Assembly (NCBI RefSeq): GCF_003324675.1
Contig: NZ_CP030918.1
Location: 2,580,001-2,612,000 of the forward strand
Source: Paracoccus suum
Lineage (GTDB): Bacteria > Pseudomonadota > Alphaproteobacteria > Rhodobacterales > Rhodobacteraceae
DNA length: 32,000 bases
Direction: 5' to 3'
In this document: one piece after another, positions 15,864-26,042 of the stretch
Layout of the letters: each line of letters opens with the position of its first letter
Numbering within the stretch: position 1 is the first letter of the stretch
Translations under genes and position numbers: made by a program
Notes under the pieces: model-generated
What the model was told of the DNA's origin: nothing
The model's database searches: none
The model's input: the letters and a program-made list of their open reading frames with translations, nothing else

Positions 15864-16864
15864 GCGGCGCGGCCGGCGAGGCTGAGGTGGAGCGCGCGGG
15901 CGATCAGACCCTCGGCACTCTCGCCGCGGGCGCGCGCAGCATAGCCCAGCGCCATGCGGTGCCGCAGAACCGGCGCGGCCATTGCCGCGACATCGTCCAG
16001 CGTCGGCGCGAACCGGCCCTGCAGCGCGGCGCGTGCGCGCGTCACCAGCATCAGAGCCTGCGCCGCCCGGGGACCCGGACCCCAACTGAGGCTGTCGCTG
16101 ATCCAGCCCGGCGCCTCGGGAGCACCCGGGCGGCAGGCGCGTACCAGATCGAGGATCGACGCCATCACCCCCTCGCCCACCGGCATGCGCCGGATCAACT
16201 GCTGCGCCTCGACCAGACCCGCAGCATCGAACACCGGCCGGACATGCGCGGTCTCGACCCCAGTGGTCGCCAGCAGGATTGCGCGCTCGGTCTCTCGGTC
16301 CGGATAGTCGACGTCGATCTGCATGATGAACCGGTCCAGCTGCGCCTCGGGCAGCGGATAGGTGCCCTCCTGTTCAATCGGGTTCTGGGTCGCGAGAACA
16401 TGGAACGGCCGACCGAGCGGGCGATGCGCGCCACCGATGGTCACCTCGCCCTCGGCCATGGCCTGCAGCAGCGCCGATTGGGTGCGCGGGCTGGCGCGGT
16501 TGATCTCGTCCGCCATCAGCAGCTGGGTAAAGACCGGCCCCTCGATAAAGCGGAACGCCCGGCGTCCATCCGCGTCGGTGTCCAGCACCTCGCTGCCGAG
16601 GATGTCGGCTGGCATCAGGTCGGGCGTGAACTGCACGCGCGCGGTGCCAAGGCCGAGGACGGTGCCCAGCGTGTCGACCAGCATGGTCTTGCCAAGGCCC
16701 GGCTGTCCGACCAGCAGCGCATGCCCGCCGGACAGGATCGCGGCCAGTACCTGCTCGACCACAGCATGTTGGCCGACAAAGCGCGTCTCGATGCTGCGGC
16801 GCGCCTCGGCCAGGCTTCGGCCCAGGCTCTCGACCGCATCAACCACCTTTTCATTGCCCGGCAT
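15860..16864 (-). CDS. moxR: MoxR-family AAA+ ATPase
   Basis: ORF 15860..16912. I chose ATG 16864 (MPGNEKVVD). Walker A is LLVGQPGLGKT. The Walker B region is LLMADEINRASPRTQSALLQAMAEGEVTI, followed by HVLATQNPIEQEGTYPLPEAQLDRF. This is a typical MoxR/AAA_3 signature. Confidence 0.9.
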   Translation of the reverse strand: MPGNEKVVDAVESLGRSLAEARRSIETRFVGQHAVVEQVLAAILSGGHALLVGQPGLGKTMLVDTLGTVLGLGTARVQFTPDLMPADILGSEVLDTDADGRRAFRFIEGPVFTQLLMADEINRASPRTQSALLQAMAEGEVTIGGAHRPLGRPFHVLATQNPIEQEGTYPLPEAQLDRFIMQIDVDYPDRETERAILLATTGVETAHVRPVFDAAGLVEAQQLIRRMPVGEGVMASILDLVRACRPGAPEAPGWISDSLSWGPGPRAAQALMLVTRARAALQGRFAPTLDDVAAMAAPVLRHRMALGYAARARGESAEGLIARALHLSLAGRAA

Positions 16865-16928
16865 GACAAGCGCCCCGATTTGGATTAGGCCACAGCTTAG
16901 ATGGCACGGCACGAGGCTTCCACAGCGA

Positions 16929-17486
16929 ATGGCACAGGCAGGGGGAAATGGCGCGACCGCGCCGGACGCAGCAGGAATAGCCGCCGCCGCCAGCCAGGCT
17001 GCCCGCCGCGGACCGCCCCCCGTGCATCTTTGGAATCCGCCGTTCTGTGGCGATCTGGATATGGAAATTCGCGCCGACGGCAGCTGGTTCTACCTTGGAA
17101 CGCCGATTGCGCGCGAGGGGATGGTGCGCCTGTTTGCGTCCGTTCTGAAGCGTGAGGGCGACCGATATTTCCTGGTTACCCCCGTGGAAAAGGTTGGCCT
17201 GCGTGTGATCGACGCGCCGTTTGTCGCCGTCGATGCCGAGCTGGATCGCGGCAACGTGACCTTTACCACGAATGTCGGAGAAACCGTTACTGCCGGACCG
17301 GGACACGAAATCCGCTTGACCTTTGGCCCCGACGGCACCCCCCGCCCCTATGTCCACGTCCGCCGTGGCCTTGATGCGCTGATCGATCGCAAGACATATT
17401 ATCGGCTGGTCGAGGCGGCCTCGGTCGAGGGAGGCGATGTGGTGCTGCGCTCGGGCGGGATGGATTTCGTGCTGGGGGCCGCCTGA
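16929..17486 (+). CDS. DUF1285-domain protein
   Basis: This is the C-terminal part of ORF 16362..17486; the upstream part is antisense shadow of moxR. ATG 16929 lies 64 nt from the divergent moxR start. WNPPFCGDLDMEIRADGSWFYLGTPIAREGMVRLFASVLKREGDRYFLVTPVEKVGLRVIDAPF matches DUF1285 as I remember it. The exact start is uncertain. Confidence 0.7.
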   Translation: MAQAGGNGATAPDAAGIAAAASQAARRGPPPVHLWNPPFCGDLDMEIRADGSWFYLGTPIAREGMVRLFASVLKREGDRYFLVTPVEKVGLRVIDAPFVAVDAELDRGNVTFTTNVGETVTAGPGHEIRLTFGPDGTPRPYVHVRRGLDALIDRKTYYRLVEAASVEGGDVVLRSGGMDFVLGAA

Positions 17487-17492
17487 CGCATC

Positions 17493-18269
17493 ATGGCGCG
17501 ATTTGCTGCAAACCTGACGTTCCTCTTTACCGAACTGCCCATGCCGCAGCGTTTTGCGGCGGCCCGCGCGGCGGGCTTTGACGGGGTCGAGATCCTTTTT
17601 CCCTATGACTTCACCGTCTCGGAGTTGAGCCAGGCGGCGCTGCGCGAGGGGCTGGAGTTCGTGATGCTGAACACCCCGCCCCCGAACTGGGCGGGGGGAC
17701 CGCGCGGCTTTGCCGCCGAGCCGGGGCGCGAGGACCGCTTTCGCCGGGACTTCGACCGGGCGCTGCGGTTCGCCCAGGCCCTGCGGGTGCGCCACATCCA
17801 TATCATGGCCGGCAAGGCCGAAGGGCCTCAGGCCGAGGCGACGTTTATCGACAACCTGCGATGGGCTGCGGCCCGCGCGCCGCATGCGAGCCTCGTGATC
17901 GAGCCCGCGAATTCTGTCGATCTGCCGGGATATTTCCTGAACGACTATAATCAGGCATCCGAGATTCTGCGTGAGGTTGGTGCGAGCAACCTGGGCCTTC
18001 TGTTCGACGCCTATCATGCCCACATGATCGCGGGCGCCAGCCAGGGCGCGCTCGAGCTGCTATGGAACGAGCATCACCCGCTGGTGCGCCATGTCCAGAT
18101 TGCCGGCTGCCCCGGCCGCCACGAGCCGCGCGGCGGCGATATCGACTTTGCAGGCTTTTTCCAGGCGGTCGATTCCTCGGGCTATCGCGGGTGGGTCAGT
18201 GCGGAATACTCGCCCCGCACCACGACCGAAGCCGGGCTGCGCTGGATCAAAGGCGCAGTCGGACTCTAG
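17493..18269 (+). CDS. hyi: Hydroxypyruvate isomerase family TIM-barrel protein (Hyi/OtnI-like)
   Basis: ORF 17493..18269, 258 aa. The N-terminus MARFAANLTFLFTELPMPQRFAAARAAGFDGVEILFPYD, then NLGLLFDAYHAHM and GWVSAEY, are characteristic of the family. It starts 6 nt after the DUF1285 stop. Confidence 0.8.
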   Translation: MARFAANLTFLFTELPMPQRFAAARAAGFDGVEILFPYDFTVSELSQAALREGLEFVMLNTPPPNWAGGPRGFAAEPGREDRFRRDFDRALRFAQALRVRHIHIMAGKAEGPQAEATFIDNLRWAAARAPHASLVIEPANSVDLPGYFLNDYNQASEILREVGASNLGLLFDAYHAHMIAGASQGALELLWNEHHPLVRHVQIAGCPGRHEPRGGDIDFAGFFQAVDSSGYRGWVSAEYSPRTTTEAGLRWIKGAVGL

Positions 18270-18291
18270 GACGCTGCGCCCGAAGGCAGTG

Positions 18292-19392
18292 TCATGCCGC
18301 CGGCAGGGCGGCACTGGAGCGGGCGCAGAGGTCCAGCAGCCGCGGGCCGATGCGATCGAGCGGCACCAGTTCCTCCGCCCCCCCTGCCTCCCATGCAGCG
18401 CGGGGCATGCCCCAGACGACCGAGCTCGCCTCGTCTTGCGCGAGGGTCCGCGCCCCGGCCTCGCGCAGCGCCCGCAGGCCCCCCGCCCCGTCGCGGCCCA
18501 TGCCGGTCAGCACCGCGGCGACAACACTCGAGGCGACCGGCAAAGCGCTTTCCAGCGTCAGATCGACCGAGGGCCTGTGCCCGTTGCGCTTACTCTCCGC
18601 CAACAATTGACAAGTCAGCGACTGCGATCCGGCTATGGTGAGGTGATGCGGCCCCCCCGGCGCCAGATAGATGTGCCCCTGTCGCAGCGGGGCGCCGTCC
18701 ACGGCCAAAGACACCGCCGGCGCAATCCTTGAATCGAGACGGGCGGCGAAACTGGCAAGGAAACTGGGCGGCATGTGCTGGACGATGACTGTGGGCGGGC
18801 AGTTAACCGGGAAGGTCCCGAGTACGCGCTCAACCGCATCGACCCCGCCTGTCGAGGCGCCGATCAGCACGAGGCGACCGCTCCAGCGATAGGCCTCGCC
18901 CAATGTCTCACCGCCCCGGCGCACGGGCGTGGAGCGTGCCCCACTGACATTCGCTGTCGATGCAGCCACCAGGACATCCGCCAGCCCCGAGAAGGCCTCG
19001 GCGTCGAACAGGCCCAGCGGTTTGCCGATACAATCGACCGCCCCGAGTGCCAGCGCCTCGATAGCGGCCGCGCTGCCCCGCCGGGTTTCCGACGAGACCA
19101 TGACCACCGGCATCGGCCGCAACTGCATGAGCCGGGCCAGCAGATCCAGCCCGGACAGGCCAGGCATCTCGACATCAAGCGTGAGGACGTCCGGGGAAAG
19201 CGCCCGGATCATCTCGCGGGCCTCGGCGGCATCCGCAGCCTCGCCGATCACGGCGACGCGGCGATCCAACGACAGCACGTGCCGGATCAGCCGGCGCATG
19301 CTGGATGAATCGTCGATCACAAGCACCCGAACCGGATCGCCCACAAGGATCCGGCCAACCCTGTCCAAATCGACCGAACCACCCATACTCAT
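18292..19392 (-). CDS. cheB: Chemotaxis-type protein-glutamate methylesterase CheB (receiver + methylesterase)
   Basis: ORF 18292..19473. I chose ATG 19392 (MSMGGS), with GGGGGA 6 nt upstream. Receiver motifs: VLVIDDSSSMR, LTLDVEMPGLSG, VVMVSS, CIGKP. Catalytic triad contexts are intact: LIGASTGG (Ser), VIVQHMPPSF (His), LTGMGRDGA (Asp). Confidence 0.88.
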   Translation of the reverse strand: MSMGGSVDLDRVGRILVGDPVRVLVIDDSSSMRRLIRHVLSLDRRVAVIGEAADAAEAREMIRALSPDVLTLDVEMPGLSGLDLLARLMQLRPMPVVMVSSETRRGSAAAIEALALGAVDCIGKPLGLFDAEAFSGLADVLVAASTANVSGARSTPVRRGGETLGEAYRWSGRLVLIGASTGGVDAVERVLGTFPVNCPPTVIVQHMPPSFLASFAARLDSRIAPAVSLAVDGAPLRQGHIYLAPGGPHHLTIAGSQSLTCQLLAESKRNGHRPSVDLTLESALPVASSVVAAVLTGMGRDGAGGLRALREAGARTLAQDEASSVVWGMPRAAWEAGGAEELVPLDRIGPRLLDLCARSSAALPAA

Positions 19393-19448
19393 GCACGTCC
19401 CCCTGAGACCGGTTCCAGGGACCATGGCGCAGAGGGATGAAAATTCGT

Positions 19449-20161
19449 TTAACGGCGCAGCGAAATCTTCCACTGGCCGGTAAAGGCGACGCGTAAGGCC
19501 GCCCAGCGCCGTGCTATTTCCTGAGCCGAACGCCGCGAGCCTTTCAGTCTGCCTTGAAGATCCGGCCCGGCTGCCAGCACGGGGGCTAACTGCCGCAGCG
19601 GGGGCCCATCCGCGGCCGTTCGGGCGGCCTTGCGGCCCGCATGCAGCAACTCGGCCCGACCTGCCTCGGGCAGTCCCCGCGGGCCGCCGAGATGCAGATA
19701 ACGCGCGACCCCCAATGCCCGCCCCTGAGCGCGCACGACAGCCTGTGCGTCTGGCGGCAGTCCCAACTGTTCCGCGCCCAGGACCGCGAGCGCACCGTCC
19801 GTCGAATCAATCCATGCAAGGGCCTCAGCTGCAGCGGAAAATTCATGTCCCTCGCAGGCGATGCGCTGCCCCTCGCCCAAGGTGGCGAGCGCCGGACCAT
19901 CAGCACCCCAGGCCTCGGCTAAAGCCGCCAGGACGGGGTGCAGCCCGGCGGAGGTTGGCAGCGTCTCCAAAGCGTCGATCCACCACTGCAGCCGGATTTC
20001 CGCCAGCGCCGGCTCGGCCGAGGCGCCGGGCGCGCGGGCCAGTTCGGCCGCGACGGCGTAGAGCGACAGCAGGCGCGGTCTCGCTTTCAACGGCGCGGTC
20101 AGCAGCGCGGATAGACGGTCGGGATCGCGTAGTTGCAGCACCTCGACGCAGCTTTGCAGGC

Positions 20162-20165
<4 letters not shown>
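19449..20165 (-). CDS. Squalene/phytoene-synthase-fold family protein (non-canonical, possibly NDUFAF6-like)
   Basis: ORF 19449..20165, 238 aa. RLLSLYAVAAELARAP ... LAEIRLQWWIDALE resembles the SQS_PSY family N-terminal helices. I found no DxxxD motif anywhere in the protein. The start overlaps the cimA stop as ATGA (20162-20165). Confidence 0.55.
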
Positions 20166-21777
<1,612 letters not shown>

Positions 21778-21781
<4 letters not shown>

Positions 21782-23250
21782 GCGATCAACCCCTCCAGTT
21801 CGGCAACTCGCCCAGCGTCGCCCAATAGTACGAATGCGCCTGAACCTAGTGCTGATTTCCGCGCCCGCAGCTGCAATCCTAGTTCAGCGGCTTTTGCCTT
21901 TAAGGCGTCGGCTTCGGAATATCTCTTTTCATGCCGCAATCGCAGCCACTCGGTGGCAACACTGGTAGCCACAGAACTATATTTATCATCAATAACGCCC
22001 CAGCCTCCCATCGAAACGAGAGGAACGAAGTCCCCCACTACAGGCTTTGTTTCTGGGTTGGTGCCTTGAATCTCGAAGTAACTCGCCCATGACGCTTTTG
22101 AGATTGATTTGAGGTCAATCCCGATCAATGCCGCCGACGCTGATAGAGCGCGGTAATGGTCTCGAACGAAGAGATCGTGCAAGTAATGCAGGGCGAGCGG
22201 GGAATTGAGATCATCTGCCACAGCACCCAGAACGCGTGGGTCGACGTCCGATGCGTCGAACACACTGTTAACCTGTGCCCAACTTCGCAGTGTATCCAGA
22301 GCCTCCCTTGCCTTCTCTGCTGTCCAGTCCATCGGCTTGCGGTAATGGGTCATCAGCATGACGTAGCGGATCACCTCGCCCGGGACCCCCGCATCCAGCA
22401 GATCGCGCACCGTGAAGAAATTGCCCAATGACTTGGACATCTTCTTGCCATCGACCAGAAGCATCTCGTTATGCAGCCAGAAATTGGCAAATCCATGATC
22501 CGGGTTGGCGCAGCAGCTTTGCGCGACCTCGTTCTCGTGGTGCGGGAACAGGAGGTCCAATCCGCCTGCGTGGATATCGAAATCGGGGCCCAGCAGCGCT
22601 TCGGACATCGCCGAGCACTCGATGTGCCAGCCGGGGCGCCCGCGACCCCAGGGACTTTCCCAGCCCGGGGTCTCCGCGTCCGAAGGCTTCCATAGTACAA
22701 AATCCATGGGATCGCGCTTGAAAGGCGCGACCTCGACGCGGGCGCCGGCGATCATGTCGTCGACTGAGCGCCCCGACAGCGCCCCGTAAGCGGGATAGCT
22801 GCGAACGTCGAACAGGACGTGACCGCTCGCGACATAGGCGTTGCCACGGGTGATCAGGGTCTCGATCATGGCGATCATCTGGGCGATATATTCGGTGGCG
22901 CGCGGCTCGAAGTCCGGGCGCAGGTTACCGAGGGCGTCCATATCCTCGTGATACCAGGCGATGGTCTCGTCGGTGATGTCGTGGATCGACCGGCCCGCCT
23001 CGGCCGCGCGGGCGTTGATCTTGTCGTCGACGTCGGTGAAGTTCCGCACATAAGTCACGGAACCCTCGCCATAAACATGGCGGAGGAGGCGGTAGAGAAC
23101 GTCGAACACCACGACCGGCCGGGCGTTGCCGAGATGCGCGCGGTCATAGACCGTCGGGCCACAAAGATACATCCGCACCCGAGCAGGATCGATCGGCGCG
23201 AACCGCTCCTTGCGGTGGCTGCGGCTGTTCGTAAGGCTGATGTCGACCAT
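21778..23250 (-). CDS. cysS: Cysteine--tRNA ligase
   Basis: ORF 21778..23283. [19 protein letters not shown] carries the HIGH-type motif and [12 protein letters not shown] the KMSKS motif. The C-terminal domain aligns by eye with E. coli CysRS (DDLNSP / DDFNTP; [16 protein letters not shown] / KDWAAADAARDRLNEMG). I chose ATG 23250 (MVDISLTN), preceded by GGGGAGAG. ATG 23283 is the alternative. Confidence 0.9.
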
Positions 23251-23389
23251 GACTCTCCCCGGACTGCGGGCGTCATCGGTCATGAGTGAACGGCCCGCGC
23301 GAATGCTTCAGGCGGTAATGCAGCAGCGGATGGCGGCGTTCGCGTTCATGCTGCCCGCTTGGCGCAAAGGGGCCCGGCTGTCAAGCGGC

Positions 23390-23421
23390 GGCGCGGCCCG
23401 GCACATCGTCCGGACCGCGCC
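23390..23421 (-). terminator. 12-bp stem-loop after the small secreted-protein gene, upstream of cysS
   Basis: On the minus-strand RNA, GGCGCGGUCCGG-ACGAUGUG-CCGGGCCGCGCC forms 11 Watson-Crick pairs plus one G-U. On the plus strand that position is a C-A mismatch, so the structure is better in the gene's sense orientation. It starts 9 nt after the stop at 23431. There is no U-tract. Confidence 0.4.
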
Positions 23422-23430
23422 AAGGGACGA

Positions 23431-23922
23431 TCAGCCGGGAAGCTGCGCGCCCAGTTCCTTAAGCATGGTTTCCATCTGCTTGCAGAGCGCCTCCTCGGTA
23501 GTGCTCTGCTTTTGCGCGCCATCGGCGAGGGTCATCTCGGTGCCCATGGCCGAGACGGTGCCGGTCTTGCCCTTGGCCTCAGCAGCGTCCCCGGCGGCGG
23601 TGTCGCCCGGGGGCATCATGCCGATCATCTTTTCCTGCACAGCGAGCGCGTCGCCGGCGATCCAACCCTTGTCCTTGCAGTAGTTCAGAACGCCCAGCTG
23701 GTTGCGGGCCGAGGCATAGGCCGCCGCCGGATCGATGTTGCCCGGAATGGCGGAGGGTGCGGGGGCCTCGGCGGTGGCCGCCGGCGCTGCGTGAGCCTCT
23801 GTCGTGGTGGGCGCAGCGGCAGGCGGCGTCGCCGGGGCGGCGTCCTGCGCCATGGCACCGGTTCCGACCAATCCGCCGGCAACCAGGCCAGCAATCACCG
23901 AGGCGCGAAAAATCATGGTCAT
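23431..23922 (-). CDS. Small secreted protein, unknown function (possibly DUF2501/YjjA-like; low certainty)
   Basis: ORF 23431..23982. I chose ATG 23922 (MTMIFRASVIAGLVAGGLVGTGAMAQD), with AAGGAT 5 nt upstream. It has a signal peptide, an Ala/Pro/Thr-rich linker, then a roughly 95-aa domain with two Cys (LNYCKDKGW and EEALCKQME). The family guess is from memory only. Confidence 0.65.
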   Translation of the reverse strand: MTMIFRASVIAGLVAGGLVGTGAMAQDAAPATPPAAAPTTTEAHAAPAATAEAPAPSAIPGNIDPAAAYASARNQLGVLNYCKDKGWIAGDALAVQEKMIGMMPPGDTAAGDAAEAKGKTGTVSAMGTEMTLADGAQKQSTTEEALCKQMETMLKELGAQLPG

Positions 23923-23933
23923 TTTAAATCCTT

Positions 23934-23982
23934 GTGACAGGTTCTTCTGCGGCCCTCTGGCCACGTCGCCGAACCCTGTCAC
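23934..23982 (-). promoter_or_regulatory. 8-bp inverted repeat forming a possible leader stem-loop abutting the SD of the small secreted-protein gene
   Basis: GTGACAGG (23934-23941) and CCTGTCAC (23975-23982) are separated by 33 nt that contain an inner GGCC-CTCT-GGCC. On the mRNA the 3' arm ends directly adjacent to the AAGGAT SD (23928-23933). Confidence 0.3.
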
Positions 23983-24051
23983 GCCCTGCCCCGGGGCGCA
24001 TCCCGGCGCAGCGGGTGCAGCCGAAAAGCGGCAGCGTTCCGCCGGTTTGTC

Positions 24052-25215
24052 CTAGCGGAACAGCACCAGTCCGCCGGGCGACCAAGCCAGGCGGGTCCGC
24101 GTGCCGACCAGCGGGACGTCGCGGCCAAAGACGTTGCGCATCGATATCCGCACCGGATCGGCCCCCGCGGCCATGCCATCGAGGCGGACGTCGAAATATG
24201 TCATGTCACCATAGTAGACGACCTCGTCGATGACGCCCGGGGCCACCTTGCCAGTCGCATCCTGCGCGTCGCTGAGCAAGGTCATGGTTTCAGGGCGAAA
24301 TCCGATGCTGGGGCCGCTGTCGCCCGGCATGGCGCGGCTGATCTGGCTGGGCGGCAATGTCACCTCGCCAAGTCCTGCCACGCGGACGGTGACGCCCTCG
24401 GCATCCTCGGACCGGATGTCAGCCGGCAGGAAGTTCATCACCCCGATGAAATCCGCGACCCGCCGGTCGACCGGGCGCGCATAGAGGCTTTCGGGCTCGT
24501 CCAGCTGGGCGATCTCGCCGTCGAACATGACGGCGATGCGGTCGGACATGACCAAAGCCTCCTCCTGGTCATGGGTCACCAGCACGAAGGTAATGCCGAC
24601 CTGGCGCTGCAACTTGATCAGTTCGATCTGCATCTGTTCGCGCATCTTGCGGTCGAGCGCGGACAGCGGCTCGTCCAGCAGCAGCACCTTGGGTTTCAGG
24701 ATCAGGGCGCGGGCCAGCGCCACCCGCTGGCGTTGGCCGCCCGACAGGGCGTGGGCGGCCCGGTTGCCATAGCCGGACAGACCGACCATCCCTAGTGCCT
24801 CATCCACCGCGCGGGCTTTTTCGGCGGCCGGGCGCGGGTCGCGCCGCAGGCCGAATGCGACGTTCTGGGCGACGGTCAGATGCGGAAAGATGGCATAGGA
24901 CTGGAAAACCATGTTAGTCGGGCGCACGTTGGCCGGCACATCGGCCATGTCCTTGCCGTCGATCAGAACCGCGCCGCTGCTGATCCCCTCGAACCCGGCG
25001 ATAGTGCGCAGCAAGGTGGTCTTGCCGCATCCCGAGGGCCCGAGCAGGCTGAAGAACTCGCCCTCGCGGATGGTGGCGGTGATGCCGCGCAACGCGTGGT
25101 AATCGCCGTAGTGCTTATGGACATCCTGAAACGCGATCATGTCGCGCCGGGGGCCACCATCGGCCGGGCGCGCCCCGCGCGAGGGGCGGGACGCGGTGCG
25201 GGTCGAATCGCTCAC
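24052..25215 (-). CDS. ABC transporter ATP-binding protein (PotA/spermidine-putrescine-type importer)
   Basis: ORF 24052..25215. Walker A GPSGCGKTT, signature LSGGQRQRVALARAL, Walker B LLLDEPLSALD, H-loop VTHDQEEAL, and a C-terminal TOBE-like domain. A GTG start at 25215 overlaps the permease stop (GTGA). ATG 25140 (MIAFQDV) is an alternative start. Confidence 0.88.
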   Translation of the reverse strand: MSDSTRTASRPSRGARPADGGPRRDMIAFQDVHKHYGDYHALRGITATIREGEFFSLLGPSGCGKTTLLRTIAGFEGISSGAVLIDGKDMADVPANVRPTNMVFQSYAIFPHLTVAQNVAFGLRRDPRPAAEKARAVDEALGMVGLSGYGNRAAHALSGGQRQRVALARALILKPKVLLLDEPLSALDRKMREQMQIELIKLQRQVGITFVLVTHDQEEALVMSDRIAVMFDGEIAQLDEPESLYARPVDRRVADFIGVMNFLPADIRSEDAEGVTVRVAGLGEVTLPPSQISRAMPGDSGPSIGFRPETMTLLSDAQDATGKVAPGVIDEVVYYGDMTYFDVRLDGMAAGADPVRISMRNVFGRDVPLVGTRTRLAWSPGGLVLFR

Positions 25216-26042
25216 AGAAAGCCTCCGGTGTCCTTCAGGCCGGCGCGGGCAATGCCGCGGCGGCGGAAATATTCGGCGATGGCCAGCAGCACGATCGACA
25301 GCGCGACCAGCACCGTACCGAGCGCCATGATCATCGGGATCGCCTTGGGAAAGCGCAGCTGGCTAAAGATATAGGTCGGCAGCGTCGGCTCGTTCCCGGC
25401 GAGGAAAAAGGCGATGATGAATTCGTCCAGCGAGATGGTGAAGCTGATCAGCAGGGCCGAGATGATGCCCGGCATCACCAGCGGCAGGATCACCAGCCGG
25501 AACGCGCCCCATTTCGTCTCGCCAAGGTCATAGGCCGCCTCCTCGAGCGCGGGATCGAGGCTGCTGAAGGCCGTCGACAGCACGGTGATCGCATAGGGCA
25601 TGCAGATCAGCGTGTGGCCGAGGATCACGGTCAGGATGGACAGCTTTATGCCCATGCCGAGCAGGACCACCAGAAGGCTGACGGAAATGATGATCTCGGG
25701 CAGGACTAGCGGCAACATGATCAGGCCCATGGCCGCGCCCTTGCCGGGAAAGCGGAATCGGGTGCTGGCGCGGGCGGCAAAGATGCCAAGGCAGGTGGCG
25801 AACACGGCAGAGCTGACAGCGATGGTCAGCGAGTTTCCGAGTGCCCGCCGCAGCGTGGCGTTGCCCGCCATCTGCGCGAACCATTCGGTGGTAAAGCCCT
25901 TCAGCGGAAAAGCGATGATGGTGCCGCTGTTGAAGGCAAAGATCGGCAGCAGCACGATCGGGGCATAGAGGAACAGCAGGTAAAGGATCGCATAGGCGCG
26001 CAGGCCCCTGCCCTGCGCCCGGCCCTCCGTCTGGCCGTTCAT
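25212..26042 (-). CDS. ABC transporter permease (PotC-like)
   Basis: ORF 25212..26042, 276 aa, with multiple TM helices. EAA-loop: LEEAAYDLGETKWGAFRLVILPLVMPG. The start overlaps the upstream stop as ATGA (26039-26042). Confidence 0.88.
   Translation of the reverse strand: MNGQTEGRAQGRGLRAYAILYLLFLYAPIVLLPIFAFNSGTIIAFPLKGFTTEWFAQMAGNATLRRALGNSLTIAVSSAVFATCLGIFAARASTRFRFPGKGAAMGLIMLPLVLPEIIISVSLLVVLLGMGIKLSILTVILGHTLICMPYAITVLSTAFSSLDPALEEAAYDLGETKWGAFRLVILPLVMPGIISALLISFTISLDEFIIAFFLAGNEPTLPTYIFSQLRFPKAIPMIMALGTVLVALSIVLLAIAEYFRRRGIARAGLKDTGGFL

Noticed and set aside
23379-23384. A perfect TTGACA (minus strand) just after the 23390-23421 stem-loop, as a possible cysS -35 box
   Set aside because: No acceptable -10 hexamer sits 16-18 nt downstream (the sequence there is CAAGCG). 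A single hexamer match is expected by chance.
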